Shown in pieces: positions 37,679 to 47,674 of a stretch of 64,000 nucleotides of DNA. The DNA is from Pseudomonadota bacterium. Its GTDB lineage: Bacteria > Bdellovibrionota_B > Oligoflexia > Silvanigrellales > Silvanigrellaceae. How positions within the stretch are numbered: the stretch's first letter is position 1; every line of letters begins with the position of its first letter. Below the pieces are notes generated by a model, which worked only from the letters and a program-made list of their open reading frames with translations, searched no databases and was not told where the DNA came from. The stretch is from assembly GCA_039799905.1 (NCBI GenBank), contig JBDLRP010000034.1, forward strand, positions 32,001 to 96,000. The letters run 5' to 3'. The position numbers and the translations under genes are program-made.

Positions 37679-38899
37679 ATGAATCGCAACGCTTCGAAAA
37701 AAGTACTGGCAGGGGTCCGCTTTTCCGCAGGTTTCGCGATCATCTGCTCTTCGCTCGCTTGCGGACGGTTTGCTTCAACTCCTGCGGATTCTTCGGCACA
37801 AGAGTTTCAGGGGCCACAGCTGATGGGCCACGGAATGGAGACACGCACTGTGTCGTTGACCTTCGATGATGGCCCGGGGCCGCGCACTGCTGAGCTGTCG
37901 AGATTTTTGAAGGCAGAGGGAGTTCGCGGAACATTTTTTGTTCAGGGAAATCAGGTTGCGCGTTATCCCGAGGTAGTCAAACAGCTACAGCAGGACGGCC
38001 ACCTCGTTGCCAACCACACCTACACCCATCCGCGCATGACTCAGGCAACAGATCCAGTCGATGAAGTGCGCCGGTCTGATGAACTCATTAAGGCATACGT
38101 CGACAAAGGACATTTTCTCTTCAGAGCTCCTTACGGAGACTGGAACGGGCGCGTAGCCAACGTCCTCAATGCTGCAGGACTGACAAAGTATGTGGGTTCA
38201 GTTTTTTGGGACATCGGCGGTGAGCGTATTGAACGTGCCGACGGAAGTTTAGCGGCAGCTGCCGATTGGGCCTGCTGGAGTTATGGCGACAGTGTTGAAC
38301 GCTGTTTGGACGGTTACATCAATGAGACTCTGGACAACAACAAAGGCATCATTCTTCTCCATGACGTCCACAGTCGCACAATCGACATGACCAAGTTGAT
38401 GGTCAAGAAGCTCAAGGAAGAAGGTTTTGAGTTTATCCGCACGGATGATGCTCCCACTGTCGCAGATGCGTTGGCGCGTCGTTCGACAACCGGCGACAAA
38501 CCGGCGCCGGCACCTGCCGAACTGCACTGTCCAAACGGCTTTGCCGTGACACAGGTTGGACAGTCGGGTGCGATGCTTTGTCTTTCCGAAAAGGAAGCGC
38601 AAGGGCCATTCACGCAGGGAATGCAGGATGCATGCCGCCAAAAGGGTGGTGGTGACGCATGTGCCAATGCGCGTTGGTCGCGCGGAATGGCCGTCTGGGT
38701 GCATGGCAGCGGCCGCTGTCCGGTTGGTGCAACATTCGATTCTTCGCTCAATGCGTGTGTCGAAGGCGAGAATGCGTTTGGCCCGTTCAGCAAAAAGCAG
38801 GTGAAACTCTGCCGTGAAATGAGCGCGAATCCAGACTCTCCCGTCTGCCAGAGCAACCGCTGGAGCCGCGCATTTCTGTCGGGAATTGTTCTCCGCTGA
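37679..38899 (+). CDS. Polysaccharide/peptidoglycan deacetylase (CE4/NodB) lipoprotein with two Cys-rich C-terminal repeats
   Basis: Lipobox SLAC; TFDDGP, NHTYTH, FRAPYG, ILLHD. Confidence 0.88.
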   Translation: MNRNASKKVLAGVRFSAGFAIICSSLACGRFASTPADSSAQEFQGPQLMGHGMETRTVSLTFDDGPGPRTAELSRFLKAEGVRGTFFVQGNQVARYPEVVKQLQQDGHLVANHTYTHPRMTQATDPVDEVRRSDELIKAYVDKGHFLFRAPYGDWNGRVANVLNAAGLTKYVGSVFWDIGGERIERADGSLAAAADWACWSYGDSVERCLDGYINETLDNNKGIILLHDVHSRTIDMTKLMVKKLKEEGFEFIRTDDAPTVADALARRSTTGDKPAPAPAELHCPNGFAVTQVGQSGAMLCLSEKEAQGPFTQGMQDACRQKGGGDACANARWSRGMAVWVHGSGRCPVGATFDSSLNACVEGENAFGPFSKKQVKLCREMSANPDSPVCQSNRWSRAFLSGIVLR

Positions 38900-38986
38900 G
38901 TGATGGAAGACGGCGATCTGCCCGTATGGTCGCTGCGAGTTTTTTCCAAATGGGAATGTTATCAACATCTGTTTTGGGTGGTGTCT

Positions 38987-39910
38987 ATGAAGACTCATAA
39001 TTACGTGATTGTGTTCGTCAGTTTGGCTCCTGCTTTGACGCTCCTCGCGGCATGCAAACAGATGGCGCTCGAGTCGTCTTCAGTGTCTACTCTTGATGCT
39101 CCTGGCCTGCAGGTCTCTGAACTGTTGACTGCAAACGAAAATACCACGCTCAAAGCTTCTCTGATGCAGTCGTCGACTTTGGGCACAGATCAGATTTGTC
39201 CAATTCCGCAGGGAACAATTCTGACTGCAGGTTCAATCAAGCCAGAGGGAATCGATCACTGGCGGGTTTTCAAAATCACTCAAGTCAAATTGCCCAGTGG
39301 CGAGGTTGGTCGTGTGGCCACGGCAGGAGTTCCGGCCGATCCGCAATCTGCTGAGACGGTAAAAACGCCCGCTGAGTTGTTGTCGTGTGATCTACTGAAG
39401 AACGACAGTCTTCTCGTATTTTCGCCGCACTTCAGCAGGCAAAAAGAGCAGCGCACTCAATCTCCTTCGCCCGATCAGGTGCGCGAGGTGGACGGCGGTG
39501 ACGACGGAACCTATGGCTGGCCGACCCGCGGCCGAAAGATCCGCAACGACTCGGGCGGCAGCGGTCATTTCAATGCACCGCGCGCATCGGGCCGCGGTCA
39601 TCAGGGAATTGATATTGTTGCGGCGGTTGGAGAACCTGTCTATGCCACCCGCTCGGGGTCGATTGTCGATCCATCCTATGAATACTCATACGGTAAAGTT
39701 CTCGACGTCAAACATGGCGACGGTTATTCAAGTCGGTATGCCCATCTGACGACGTTCAGTTACAGTCACGGCGCATATGTTGAAAAAGGCGACAAGATTG
39801 CGACAGCGGGGCGCACCGGCAATGCTTCGGGGCCATCCATCACGCCGCATCTTCACTTTGAAATCAGACGCAACGGCAGCGTCATCAATCCGCTTTCCAA
39901 ATTGCCTTGA
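38987..39910 (+). CDS. M23 family metallopeptidase lipoprotein
   Basis: Lipobox LAAC; HQGID, RYAHL, PHLHFE. Confidence 0.9.
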   Translation: MKTHNYVIVFVSLAPALTLLAACKQMALESSSVSTLDAPGLQVSELLTANENTTLKASLMQSSTLGTDQICPIPQGTILTAGSIKPEGIDHWRVFKITQVKLPSGEVGRVATAGVPADPQSAETVKTPAELLSCDLLKNDSLLVFSPHFSRQKEQRTQSPSPDQVREVDGGDDGTYGWPTRGRKIRNDSGGSGHFNAPRASGRGHQGIDIVAAVGEPVYATRSGSIVDPSYEYSYGKVLDVKHGDGYSSRYAHLTTFSYSHGAYVEKGDKIATAGRTGNASGPSITPHLHFEIRRNGSVINPLSKLP

Positions 39911-39913
39911 TCT

Positions 39914-40828
39914 CTAGAACGAGCAGGAACAGCTCAATTCGGTGAGTGCGGGCGAGGCACTGTTGCAGATCATCTTGCCCGTCTGCGCGGCGCGTATGCG
40001 GCTGTTGCTGAATTCCGCACGTTCGACTTCCTCTGTGGAAACGTCAGCCGGATTGAAGGGGCGGTCGGCCAGCGACATGCTGCGCGTCGCAGGAAGGCCT
40101 CCTTCCGCCAATGTCTTCTTTTCCCATGCACTCACAAATGCCTTGGCTTCCTCCCAACTCATTTCCGGGTTGTCCGGAAAAATTGATGTGCCGTACCCGT
40201 CCGGATTTTGAAGCGGAAAAGAATATCCTACAACCGCATAGCGAGGAGGCATTTCAAAATTCCAACGAATTGAAATCTGAATTCCCTTTTCTCCAATTTT
40301 CCAGAATTGATTCCAGTCGATGACGTGCGCGGATGATGCCGGCCAACGTGAAAGCGAGTCGGTGTGCGTGAAAGGTTCCGCCCAGCGGGCAGGGTGATCG
40401 GCTGCGCCTTGCGCACGCGGATGCTTTGCGCAGGCCGGCTTGAAAGACAAACGTTGAGCTTCGAGTCCGCTGAGGGCCTGATGATCCGAGCCCCAATTGA
40501 CAGGTTTGAAAAAATTCGCACGCGAGAAGGCGGTTTCGTCGCTGAGCTGACCGTTTTCGATCTTTTGCCGCGTTTCGTCATTCTCATTGCCCGAGCTGCC
40601 GTCGCCGGTTTGGCCCGAGCTGACGTTGTTCTGCAGACTTTTGCCGCTTGTCAGTCCTGTCGGGTCATTGTCGGCGCTGCTTCCCTGCCTCCTGTCGTAA
40701 TCCGAAAGGCCGGATTCGCTGTTTCCGCTCTCCTTCTCTCGATCTTGCAACAAAATACCGGCGGAAACGGCAACCGCCAAAAGAAGAATTCCTGCGGTGA
40801 TTTTAATCTTGTTTTGGGAAGTGGGCAT
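39914..40828 (-). CDS. Hypothetical membrane-anchored protein
   Basis: N-terminal TM helix, low-complexity linker, globular C-terminal region. Confidence 0.6.
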   Translation of the reverse strand: MPTSQNKIKITAGILLLAVAVSAGILLQDREKESGNSESGLSDYDRRQGSSADNDPTGLTSGKSLQNNVSSGQTGDGSSGNENDETRQKIENGQLSDETAFSRANFFKPVNWGSDHQALSGLEAQRLSFKPACAKHPRAQGAADHPARWAEPFTHTDSLSRWPASSAHVIDWNQFWKIGEKGIQISIRWNFEMPPRYAVVGYSFPLQNPDGYGTSIFPDNPEMSWEEAKAFVSAWEKKTLAEGGLPATRSMSLADRPFNPADVSTEEVERAEFSNSRIRAAQTGKMICNSASPALTELSCSCSF

Positions 40829-40861
40829 GAGTCGAACACCTCTGAGGCCAACGTTCAGCTT

Positions 40862-42490
40862 TCAGAGGATAACGTGATTGGTCAGGAACTTCGAGGTGTC
40901 ATGTTCAAGAATCCCACGGATGGCTTCACGGCTCTCGGTTTGTGCGCCCATACCGGCAACCATCGTGCGCAATGAAAATGCCCTCAACGCATCGTGCACG
41001 CTGAGCGTGCCCTCGGCCGAGTTCTTTCTTCCCGTGAATGGAAATATATCCGGACCCCGCTGGCACGCGCTGTTGAGATTGATGCGGGCGACCTGATTGG
41101 ACAGCGCATCTATCGTCGAACCCAGACGGCGCGGATCGCAGCCAAAAACACTTGCCTGCATGCCGAACGGCGAAGCGACAATCTGTTCAATAACATCGTC
41201 GAGGTTTTTGTAAGTCAAAACCGGAATCAGCGGGCCGAATTGTTCCACCTGTGCCATCGTGTGCGTCCACTTGACCCCGCCGACGACGGCGGGATGAATC
41301 AACGTAGCGTGTCCGCGAAGTGCATTTTGTGGATGAAAAAGGTGCGCTCCATCGGCCACCGCCTCATCCACCATGTTTTTCAATTCTTGCGGTTTTGCTG
41401 TGTCTGGTAATGGAGTGATCTGCACCCCCGTCTGCCACGGAAGGCCAACTTTGAGCTGATTGACACGGTTTGCAAGTTCTTCACACCATGCACCTGAAAT
41501 CGACTCCGGCACACAGACCAGTTTCAGTGCCGTGCAGCGCTGCCCATTGAAGGACAAAGCGCCTTTGATGGTTTCCTTGAGGCTGAGTTCGAAGGGAGCA
41601 TCATCGAGTAGAATTGCGGGGTTCTTTGCATCGAGCCCGAGTATGCTGCGCAGGCGGTTGGGCCGCGGGTGTTGCGCTTTGAGTGTGTTGGCCACGCGGC
41701 TCGAACCGATGAAGGCAAGCACATCGATATCGCCCTTGCGCATGGCCGCACCGATGATTTCACGCCCTTGTCCATTGACGACGTTGACGACACCGGCAGG
41801 AAAACAAGCCTGAAACTCGGGCAGCAGACAATCCCACAGGAGTTGTCCGTAGCGGGGTACTTTCACAACAGTTGTGTTTCCCATAACCAGTGCGGGGATG
41901 AGTGTTGTGAAGGTTTCATTGAGTGGATAGTTGAACGGGCCCATGCAGAGCGTGACGCCAAGCGGCATGCGTCTGACGAGCGCAACATACCCCTGAGCAA
42001 ACTGCAGTCGCGAACTGTCGCGGTCGAGTGATTTGGCGGCGTCGAGTGTATCGTTGATGTAAACGACCGTGCGGTCGAATTCGGCTTCAGCATCGGCTCT
42101 CGTTTTGCAAATTTCCCACATCAGCAGGCGTACGATTGTTTCGCGGTGGAGTTGCATGCGCCTGACAAATTCAGCGACAGCAATGAGCCGCTCTTCCATG
42201 CGGGCAGAAGGCCACTGGCCGGTTCCCGAACGCCACGCGTCTGCTGCAGCCTGAACGGCGTCTTGCATGTGTGTTGATGTTGCCTGCGGGGTGGTGCCGA
42301 GGATTGTGTCTTCAAGTGTACCTTTTTCACTCCGAGTGAAAATGGGGCTGACCACACTGCGACGTTCAAAACCGGAACTTAACAGCTCACCACCTATCAG
42401 CAGCCGGCCCTGCACAAGTCCGTTCAGCTGAGCATTTTCAGGTATTTCGTTGGCCTTTGGGAAAATTTCCGGAGTGATGACATTTTGCAT
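40862..42490 (-). CDS. Aldehyde dehydrogenase, GapN-like (non-phosphorylating NADP-GAPDH type)
   Basis: GPFNYPLNE, FIGSS, GLDAKNP, FNGQRCT, EQFGP, QRGPD.FPF. Confidence 0.85.
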   Translation of the reverse strand: MQNVITPEIFPKANEIPENAQLNGLVQGRLLIGGELLSSGFERRSVVSPIFTRSEKGTLEDTILGTTPQATSTHMQDAVQAAADAWRSGTGQWPSARMEERLIAVAEFVRRMQLHRETIVRLLMWEICKTRADAEAEFDRTVVYINDTLDAAKSLDRDSSRLQFAQGYVALVRRMPLGVTLCMGPFNYPLNETFTTLIPALVMGNTTVVKVPRYGQLLWDCLLPEFQACFPAGVVNVVNGQGREIIGAAMRKGDIDVLAFIGSSRVANTLKAQHPRPNRLRSILGLDAKNPAILLDDAPFELSLKETIKGALSFNGQRCTALKLVCVPESISGAWCEELANRVNQLKVGLPWQTGVQITPLPDTAKPQELKNMVDEAVADGAHLFHPQNALRGHATLIHPAVVGGVKWTHTMAQVEQFGPLIPVLTYKNLDDVIEQIVASPFGMQASVFGCDPRRLGSTIDALSNQVARINLNSACQRGPDIFPFTGRKNSAEGTLSVHDALRAFSLRTMVAGMGAQTESREAIRGILEHDTSKFLTNHVIL

Positions 42491-42549
42491 TTTTGTGACC
42501 TCCCGACAGCGTTGGCCGGAGGATAGCACTACGCTCCTTCAGACAGAAG

Positions 42550-43140
42550 TTACGGCACAAAGCTGACCGCATCCTTTAAGGCGTCGTTGAGCATGTCCAT
42601 GTATTTCGATGCGTCGATCTCGACTGCACCCAATGAGCGGAGGTGGTCGGTGAGAAACTGACATTCGAGTAATGTGTACCCCTGCCGAAGCAAATGCTCG
42701 GCGAGGCGTATGAGCGCCAGCTTTGACATGTTTTTTTCGTGGTGAAACATCGACTCCGCAAAAAATGCCGAACCAAGTGTGACTCCGTAGATGCCGCCCA
42801 CCATCTTGCCTTCGCGGAGCACTTCGAGTGAGTGCGCGAAGCCGAGGCGGTGCAGCTCTCCGTAGGCGCGGACAAATTCATCGCTGATCCACGTGTCCGG
42901 ACGCTCGGCGCACGCCCGCATGACATCTTCAAACGCCCCGTCAATACGAATGCTGATATCACGCCGCCGCAATTCGCGCTTCATGGACTGACTGACGTGA
43001 ATCATGTCGATTGGGATAATGGCCCGCGGGTCGGGGCGGTACCAATGGATAATCTGCGAATTCTCGGCTGCCGGCATCGGAAAGCATCCTTGTGCATAGG
43101 CAAGAATGAGAATTTCGGCCGACAGCTCTTGTGCATCCAT
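42550..43140 (-). CDS. aat: Leucyl/phenylalanyl-tRNA--protein transferase
   Basis: AYAQGCFPM, PDPRAII, TWI, AHSLEV, GGIYGV, FFAESMF. Confidence 0.93.
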   Translation of the reverse strand: MDAQELSAEILILAYAQGCFPMPAAENSQIIHWYRPDPRAIIPIDMIHVSQSMKRELRRRDISIRIDGAFEDVMRACAERPDTWISDEFVRAYGELHRLGFAHSLEVLREGKMVGGIYGVTLGSAFFAESMFHHEKNMSKLALIRLAEHLLRQGYTLLECQFLTDHLRSLGAVEIDASKYMDMLNDALKDAVSFVP

Positions 43141-43165
43141 TTCGTACTCCGGCGTCGGCGCGGAA

Positions 43166-44470
43166 TTATGCCGACGTGAGAAGATTGGGAATCGGTTCCC
43201 GCACACTTCTATTTGCAGCAAAAAATGCGGTCACAGCCGAAATTGAACACAAAATGAGAAGGGATGTAAAGTAAAGCGAGGGAGCCATTTTGATAAGAAA
43301 CGGAACCGGGTCGGTCAGGAATCCAGCGTAGTAGATAAATCTGATTTCGTTGACTGCCAGCGAGAAAATTATCGACGCGATGCTGCCGAGTGCCGATCCG
43401 GCGATGCCGATAAGAATGCCTTCTGTTGTAAAGATGCTGCGAATGTCGCGGCGAAAGAATCCAAGGCTGCGTAATGTGCCAATCTCACGCCGGCGCTCAT
43501 TGACACTCTTGACCATCGCATTGAGGACCGACATTCCCGAGATGGTCAGGATGACCGCGCTGACAAGATTTCGGAAGGTGAGAAAAAGACTCATTGTCCG
43601 CTTGTAGACACGCGCGAGAATATGTTCGCGCCAGTCTAGAGCACGCAATTCAACACCCGCCAATCTCGCAGCGCTGGCAAAACTCTCAACGAATCGGTTG
43701 AAATCTTTTGCGTCGCGAAGACGCAGTCGGATATGTGAAATGTCTTGTGTGTCATAAAGCTGTTGTGCGCGCTTGAGGTCCATCATCAGATACCATGAGT
43801 CGATGCCGCGGAGGCCGACGCCGCCCAATGCGCCGATTGTCATGTTCATCGCGTTTGCCTGTCCGGCTGCGGTGGTGACGTTCAATTGGATTTTATTGCG
43901 TTCACAATTTAATGGAATTTCACGCTCGGCATAGCCGCCCACCTGAATAAGAAATTGTTCCTTCGACTGGCTGTTGCAACCCAAGGTGTCTGCGATGTTT
44001 TCGCCGATGAGAATGTGCTCTGGTGTCAGGCGGTCGAGCGGTTTTCCCGCACGGACGTTCCACGGCCATGTCGGCATCCGCATCTCTTTTCCGCTTTCAA
44101 GATCGTATGCAAAGCCCCAAAAAATTGAGCTAGTTTTGCCATTGTTTGCGAGTCCGTTCACGATCAGAATCGGGACGTAGGCATCGACCATTGCAGATTC
44201 CGCAAAAAAATCTGACAGAAATTTCTGCTCAGCTGCACTGATGCGGGAGTCCTCGAAGTCGACGGGGCGGCCGTTTTTAGTTTTTTCAATGAACACGTCG
44301 CCAAACATGCTTCTTTGTCTGTAGTTGTCCTCGTAAAAATTCTCGACCATCGAGATATAACCGTTAAACAGAGTCAAGGCGGCAAAGCCAATGGCGACCG
44401 ACAATATCGATCCGGCGGAGTGCCGCCAGTTGTTGATGATATTTCGGATACCCATCTTTAAAGTTTGCAT
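43166..44470 (-). CDS. ABC transporter permease, FtsX/MacB/LolE-like
   Basis: N-terminal TM, large periplasmic loop, ERRREIGTLRSLGF. Confidence 0.9.
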   Translation of the reverse strand: MQTLKMGIRNIINNWRHSAGSILSVAIGFAALTLFNGYISMVENFYEDNYRQRSMFGDVFIEKTKNGRPVDFEDSRISAAEQKFLSDFFAESAMVDAYVPILIVNGLANNGKTSSIFWGFAYDLESGKEMRMPTWPWNVRAGKPLDRLTPEHILIGENIADTLGCNSQSKEQFLIQVGGYAEREIPLNCERNKIQLNVTTAAGQANAMNMTIGALGGVGLRGIDSWYLMMDLKRAQQLYDTQDISHIRLRLRDAKDFNRFVESFASAARLAGVELRALDWREHILARVYKRTMSLFLTFRNLVSAVILTISGMSVLNAMVKSVNERRREIGTLRSLGFFRRDIRSIFTTEGILIGIAGSALGSIASIIFSLAVNEIRFIYYAGFLTDPVPFLIKMAPSLYFTSLLILCSISAVTAFFAANRSVREPIPNLLTSA

Positions 44471-44492
44471 CTTTTCCGTTTCCTTTTTTTCT

Positions 44493-45863
44493 TCAGGAGA
44501 CGTGGGAGTTTAAAAGTCCGACGATTCTCTTTCTGCTGCTGCGCAACGAGGTTATCCATCCTGCGAGTATCGAGACGCCGGTCATCAGCAGGGCGATCCA
44601 TACACAGTGTTCTGCGACAATCATCAGTGTGACACGAAGTTGAGTGGAGACACCGGGTACTTCGAACAACAACCGGCTGCTGTTGATGACAGAGGTTGTC
44701 GCGATGGCCAGAATCAGGCCGACTGGAATGCAGATAAGGGCCAACATCAGGCCTTCCAGTGCAAAAATTCTAGGAATGTCTCTTTGTCGGAAACCAAGCG
44801 CACGAAGCGTTCCAATCTCCTTAGAACGCTCAAGAACACTCATGGTCATGGAGTCTGAAACGGTCAGCGTGACAACACTGACTGCGAGGGTGAGGAAAAA
44901 AGCACTCATCACATATATAAGGTTCATGAACCCTGCATAGAACGGATTTACTGACAATTCACGGTAGTGATGAACCTCGAGGTCAAGTCCAGCGCTGCGC
45001 AGAGCATTGTCGAGTTTTCTTGCGGCGGTTTCCGGGATTTCGTCCCACGGAAGATGGACGATGATGTTTGTGACTGTGTCGGTTTCGAAAAGTCTCTGCA
45101 AAGCTTCGAGTGGAATGACAGCCGAAGATTCCTCAAGGAGTTCGAGGCCGCTTGAGTAATGGCCGACGATTTCTCCGTCGAGGGCGGAAAAGTCGTTTTT
45201 ATAGGTGCGGGCTGCCAATTGGATGTTGGTGTCCGCATCGATTTTACTCTGCACAGACTCACTGCTGCAATCGAGTGAAACATTTTGTGTTGTCGCGTCG
45301 GCGCCGGGCCTAGTGGTGTAGAGTCTGCTTTTTCCAAGGTTTCTGGCCACTTTTTGGGTTACGATGACAGGTGTGATTGCTGAATGCATCCACAGGCCGC
45401 TCCCCAGTCGCGCGTCGAGAATTTCTCGGGCAAAGTTCTGGACAGCCGGATGTTCTGTGAGTTTTTTTTCGATAGCGGGTTCGACGCCGAGCACTTTGAC
45501 AGGCCATGTTTTGCAGCCGTTTCCGATCAGGGTGAAGCCATGCAGAGTCGCACTCACGGCCTCGGCGTTTGGAAAGACCTCGCCGACAACCTGTCTGACG
45601 CGTGTCTGTTCCTCGGCGTTCAGATTGTATTTTTTCGGTCGCAGCAGATGCCTTTCTACGCCATCAGGCTTGTAGATGGAAATCGTACCTACGTGATTGA
45701 GGTAAACGGAGGTTGCCCTGAAGAATTTTTCAATGCGAACGACAAATCCGCTCAGCAGCACGAGTCCCGCGAAGCCAAGAATAATGGCACTCGCAGTGGC
45801 AGCGTTGCGCCTTCGGTTGCGTCCGAGGTTGCGCGCAGCGAGGGTTAATTGCTTCCAAAACAT
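44493..45863 (-). CDS. ABC transporter permease, FtsX/MacB/LolE-like
   Basis: ARNLGRNRRR, ERSKEIGTLRALGF. Confidence 0.9.
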   Translation of the reverse strand: MFWKQLTLAARNLGRNRRRNAATASAIILGFAGLVLLSGFVVRIEKFFRATSVYLNHVGTISIYKPDGVERHLLRPKKYNLNAEEQTRVRQVVGEVFPNAEAVSATLHGFTLIGNGCKTWPVKVLGVEPAIEKKLTEHPAVQNFAREILDARLGSGLWMHSAITPVIVTQKVARNLGKSRLYTTRPGADATTQNVSLDCSSESVQSKIDADTNIQLAARTYKNDFSALDGEIVGHYSSGLELLEESSAVIPLEALQRLFETDTVTNIIVHLPWDEIPETAARKLDNALRSAGLDLEVHHYRELSVNPFYAGFMNLIYVMSAFFLTLAVSVVTLTVSDSMTMSVLERSKEIGTLRALGFRQRDIPRIFALEGLMLALICIPVGLILAIATTSVINSSRLLFEVPGVSTQLRVTLMIVAEHCVWIALLMTGVSILAGWITSLRSSRKRIVGLLNSHVS

Positions 45864-46063
45864 CGGATTTTCCCCGAGTGACACTGTGATTTTAGCAGGA
45901 GAAGCGAGCACAGCTCTGCAAATATTTCCTGTCCGATTTGTGAGCTGACGGAAAGACTGCTGAAATGTCCTGACAAAACCTCGTCATGGCGGTCGATCTG
46001 CGTGCTCCGAAAGATTGGCCCATCCATTACAATGAGAGAAGGTGTGGGGGAGAGCGAACAAAA

Positions 46064-47674
46064 TTGAAATGCATTGCTCAAATGCAGTTTGTCTGTTGGG
46101 TATTGGCGGTCACGTTGTCGATGCCGGTTGGTGGATCAACCTCGCTCGCGCAGGATTTTGATCCCTTTGCGACAGAACAGCTGCCAGAGCGGGGTGCAAC
46201 AGCACCCGCATTGAAGCCGAAAGCAGAACCCGCATTGAAGCCGACAGCAGAACCTGCATTGAAGCCGACAGCAGAACCCGAATTGAAGCCGACAGCAGAG
46301 CCTGCGTTGAAGCCGACAGCAGCGCCTGCCCCGAAGCCCGTGAGTAAACCAAAAGTGAAAGTAAAAAAGCCAGGAAGTTCTGTTCCAGCTTCGACAAAAA
46401 AAATCGAGAAGATTGCCCCGCCTCCGGAAGCCCCCCCTCCCGAAACGGGCAACTTTCAGCTGAGTGTTGGGCTCGAGAACACGATGACCGTCAGCGGTCT
46501 AAAAACAGCTCTCGATTTCGCTAAATACACGGAAAACTCAGTGTTGTTTCCGTTTTTAGATATCAATAACCAGTTAAGACCAACCTTCAAATTAACATCC
46601 GGCAGCGCGTTCAGGATCAATGCGCGTCCATTTTTGGAGATCCGTCATAACCAGTTTTTTCTCTCCTCGGGAGTGAACAAGCAGGAAACAAAAATCTCGG
46701 CAGATGCCGGAGAATCAACATTTTCGGTGAGACCATCCAATCAGGTGGAATTGACAGTCGGGCAGGAAAGCTTTCAATGGGGCACTGGTGAATTGGCGAG
46801 CCCGTCGAATTGGATTTATCGCCCCACTCAGTTGGCGGAATCGGTGAGCCGCAATCCGCAGACTGTTGTCAGCACGAGAAAAACGTCCCGACTGAATGCG
46901 AGCATCGGGCAATTCTTCAATTTTGTGACAATCGCCGAGTATGAGAGTGAACAAAGGGCACTTCCGGCAATCTTTTCCGGCAGACGTTTTTTGCTGAAAT
47001 CTGAATTCGCGTGGAATTCGGGAGTGGATTACGTCGGTCTTGTGGTTGGCGGTGCCGAGAAGATTGGCGCGCCTTTTCTGGGCCAGTATTTTTCACTGAG
47101 TGTGGATGACTCGCTCCGCATTTATGGCGAATCTGGTCACTATCAGGGAAGTGATGTCTTGAAACCTGTCGAGTTGAACCTGCCTTCAGCGTTTGGGAAT
47201 GAAAAAACCGTTGTCTTTGCCCAGCCCGAGTTAACTTCAAGGAAGTTTAATCACGAAATCTTAGTGGGCATACGCTACGATATTCTTGACGGTACGGAGC
47301 TCAGACTCGAAGGATATTCCAACAGCGCCGGATATTCATTGTCAGAGATGAGACTTGCAAACGACGTGCAGAAGCAATCGTCTCCGCTGTTTCCACTGTT
47401 TTATTCTCCGAACACCGAAATTCGTTCGCAGAGAAGCATTCTGCTGGCATTGCGAAAAGCAAACTTCGGTAGAAAGAGAAATATCACTGCATTGATTCGC
47501 TACTGGAAACCTGTTTTTGACACTTCGGGTGGTGCAGTGCTGTATGGTGAATATGGCTTCAATGACAATCTGCTTCTCTTTGCGGCCGCCGGAGGATATC
47601 ACGGTCCGCTTGTTTCAGAGGCAGGGTTGCCAAACCGTTTTGTTGTTTTGATGGGGCAAAAGTATGTTTGGTGA
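46064..47674 (+). CDS. Putative outer-membrane protein with Pro/Lys-rich repeat N-terminus (start uncertain, 46064 or 46082)
   Basis: Signal peptide, repeat linker, beta-strand-rich body, C-terminal aromatic (KYVW); overlaps the ABC ATPase gene. Confidence 0.65.
   Translation: MKCIAQMQFVCWVLAVTLSMPVGGSTSLAQDFDPFATEQLPERGATAPALKPKAEPALKPTAEPALKPTAEPELKPTAEPALKPTAAPAPKPVSKPKVKVKKPGSSVPASTKKIEKIAPPPEAPPPETGNFQLSVGLENTMTVSGLKTALDFAKYTENSVLFPFLDINNQLRPTFKLTSGSAFRINARPFLEIRHNQFFLSSGVNKQETKISADAGESTFSVRPSNQVELTVGQESFQWGTGELASPSNWIYRPTQLAESVSRNPQTVVSTRKTSRLNASIGQFFNFVTIAEYESEQRALPAIFSGRRFLLKSEFAWNSGVDYVGLVVGGAEKIGAPFLGQYFSLSVDDSLRIYGESGHYQGSDVLKPVELNLPSAFGNEKTVVFAQPELTSRKFNHEILVGIRYDILDGTELRLEGYSNSAGYSLSEMRLANDVQKQSSPLFPLFYSPNTEIRSQRSILLALRKANFGRKRNITALIRYWKPVFDTSGGAVLYGEYGFNDNLLLFAAAGGYHGPLVSEAGLPNRFVVLMGQKYVW
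46199..46321 (+). repeat. About five tandem 24-bp coding repeats (AEPALKPT)
   Basis: GCAGAACCCGCATTGAAGCCGACA units with few substitutions. Confidence 0.9.

Noticed and set aside
46199..46321. CRISPR-like array
   Set aside because: Head-to-tail in-frame coding repeats with no spacers and no cas genes
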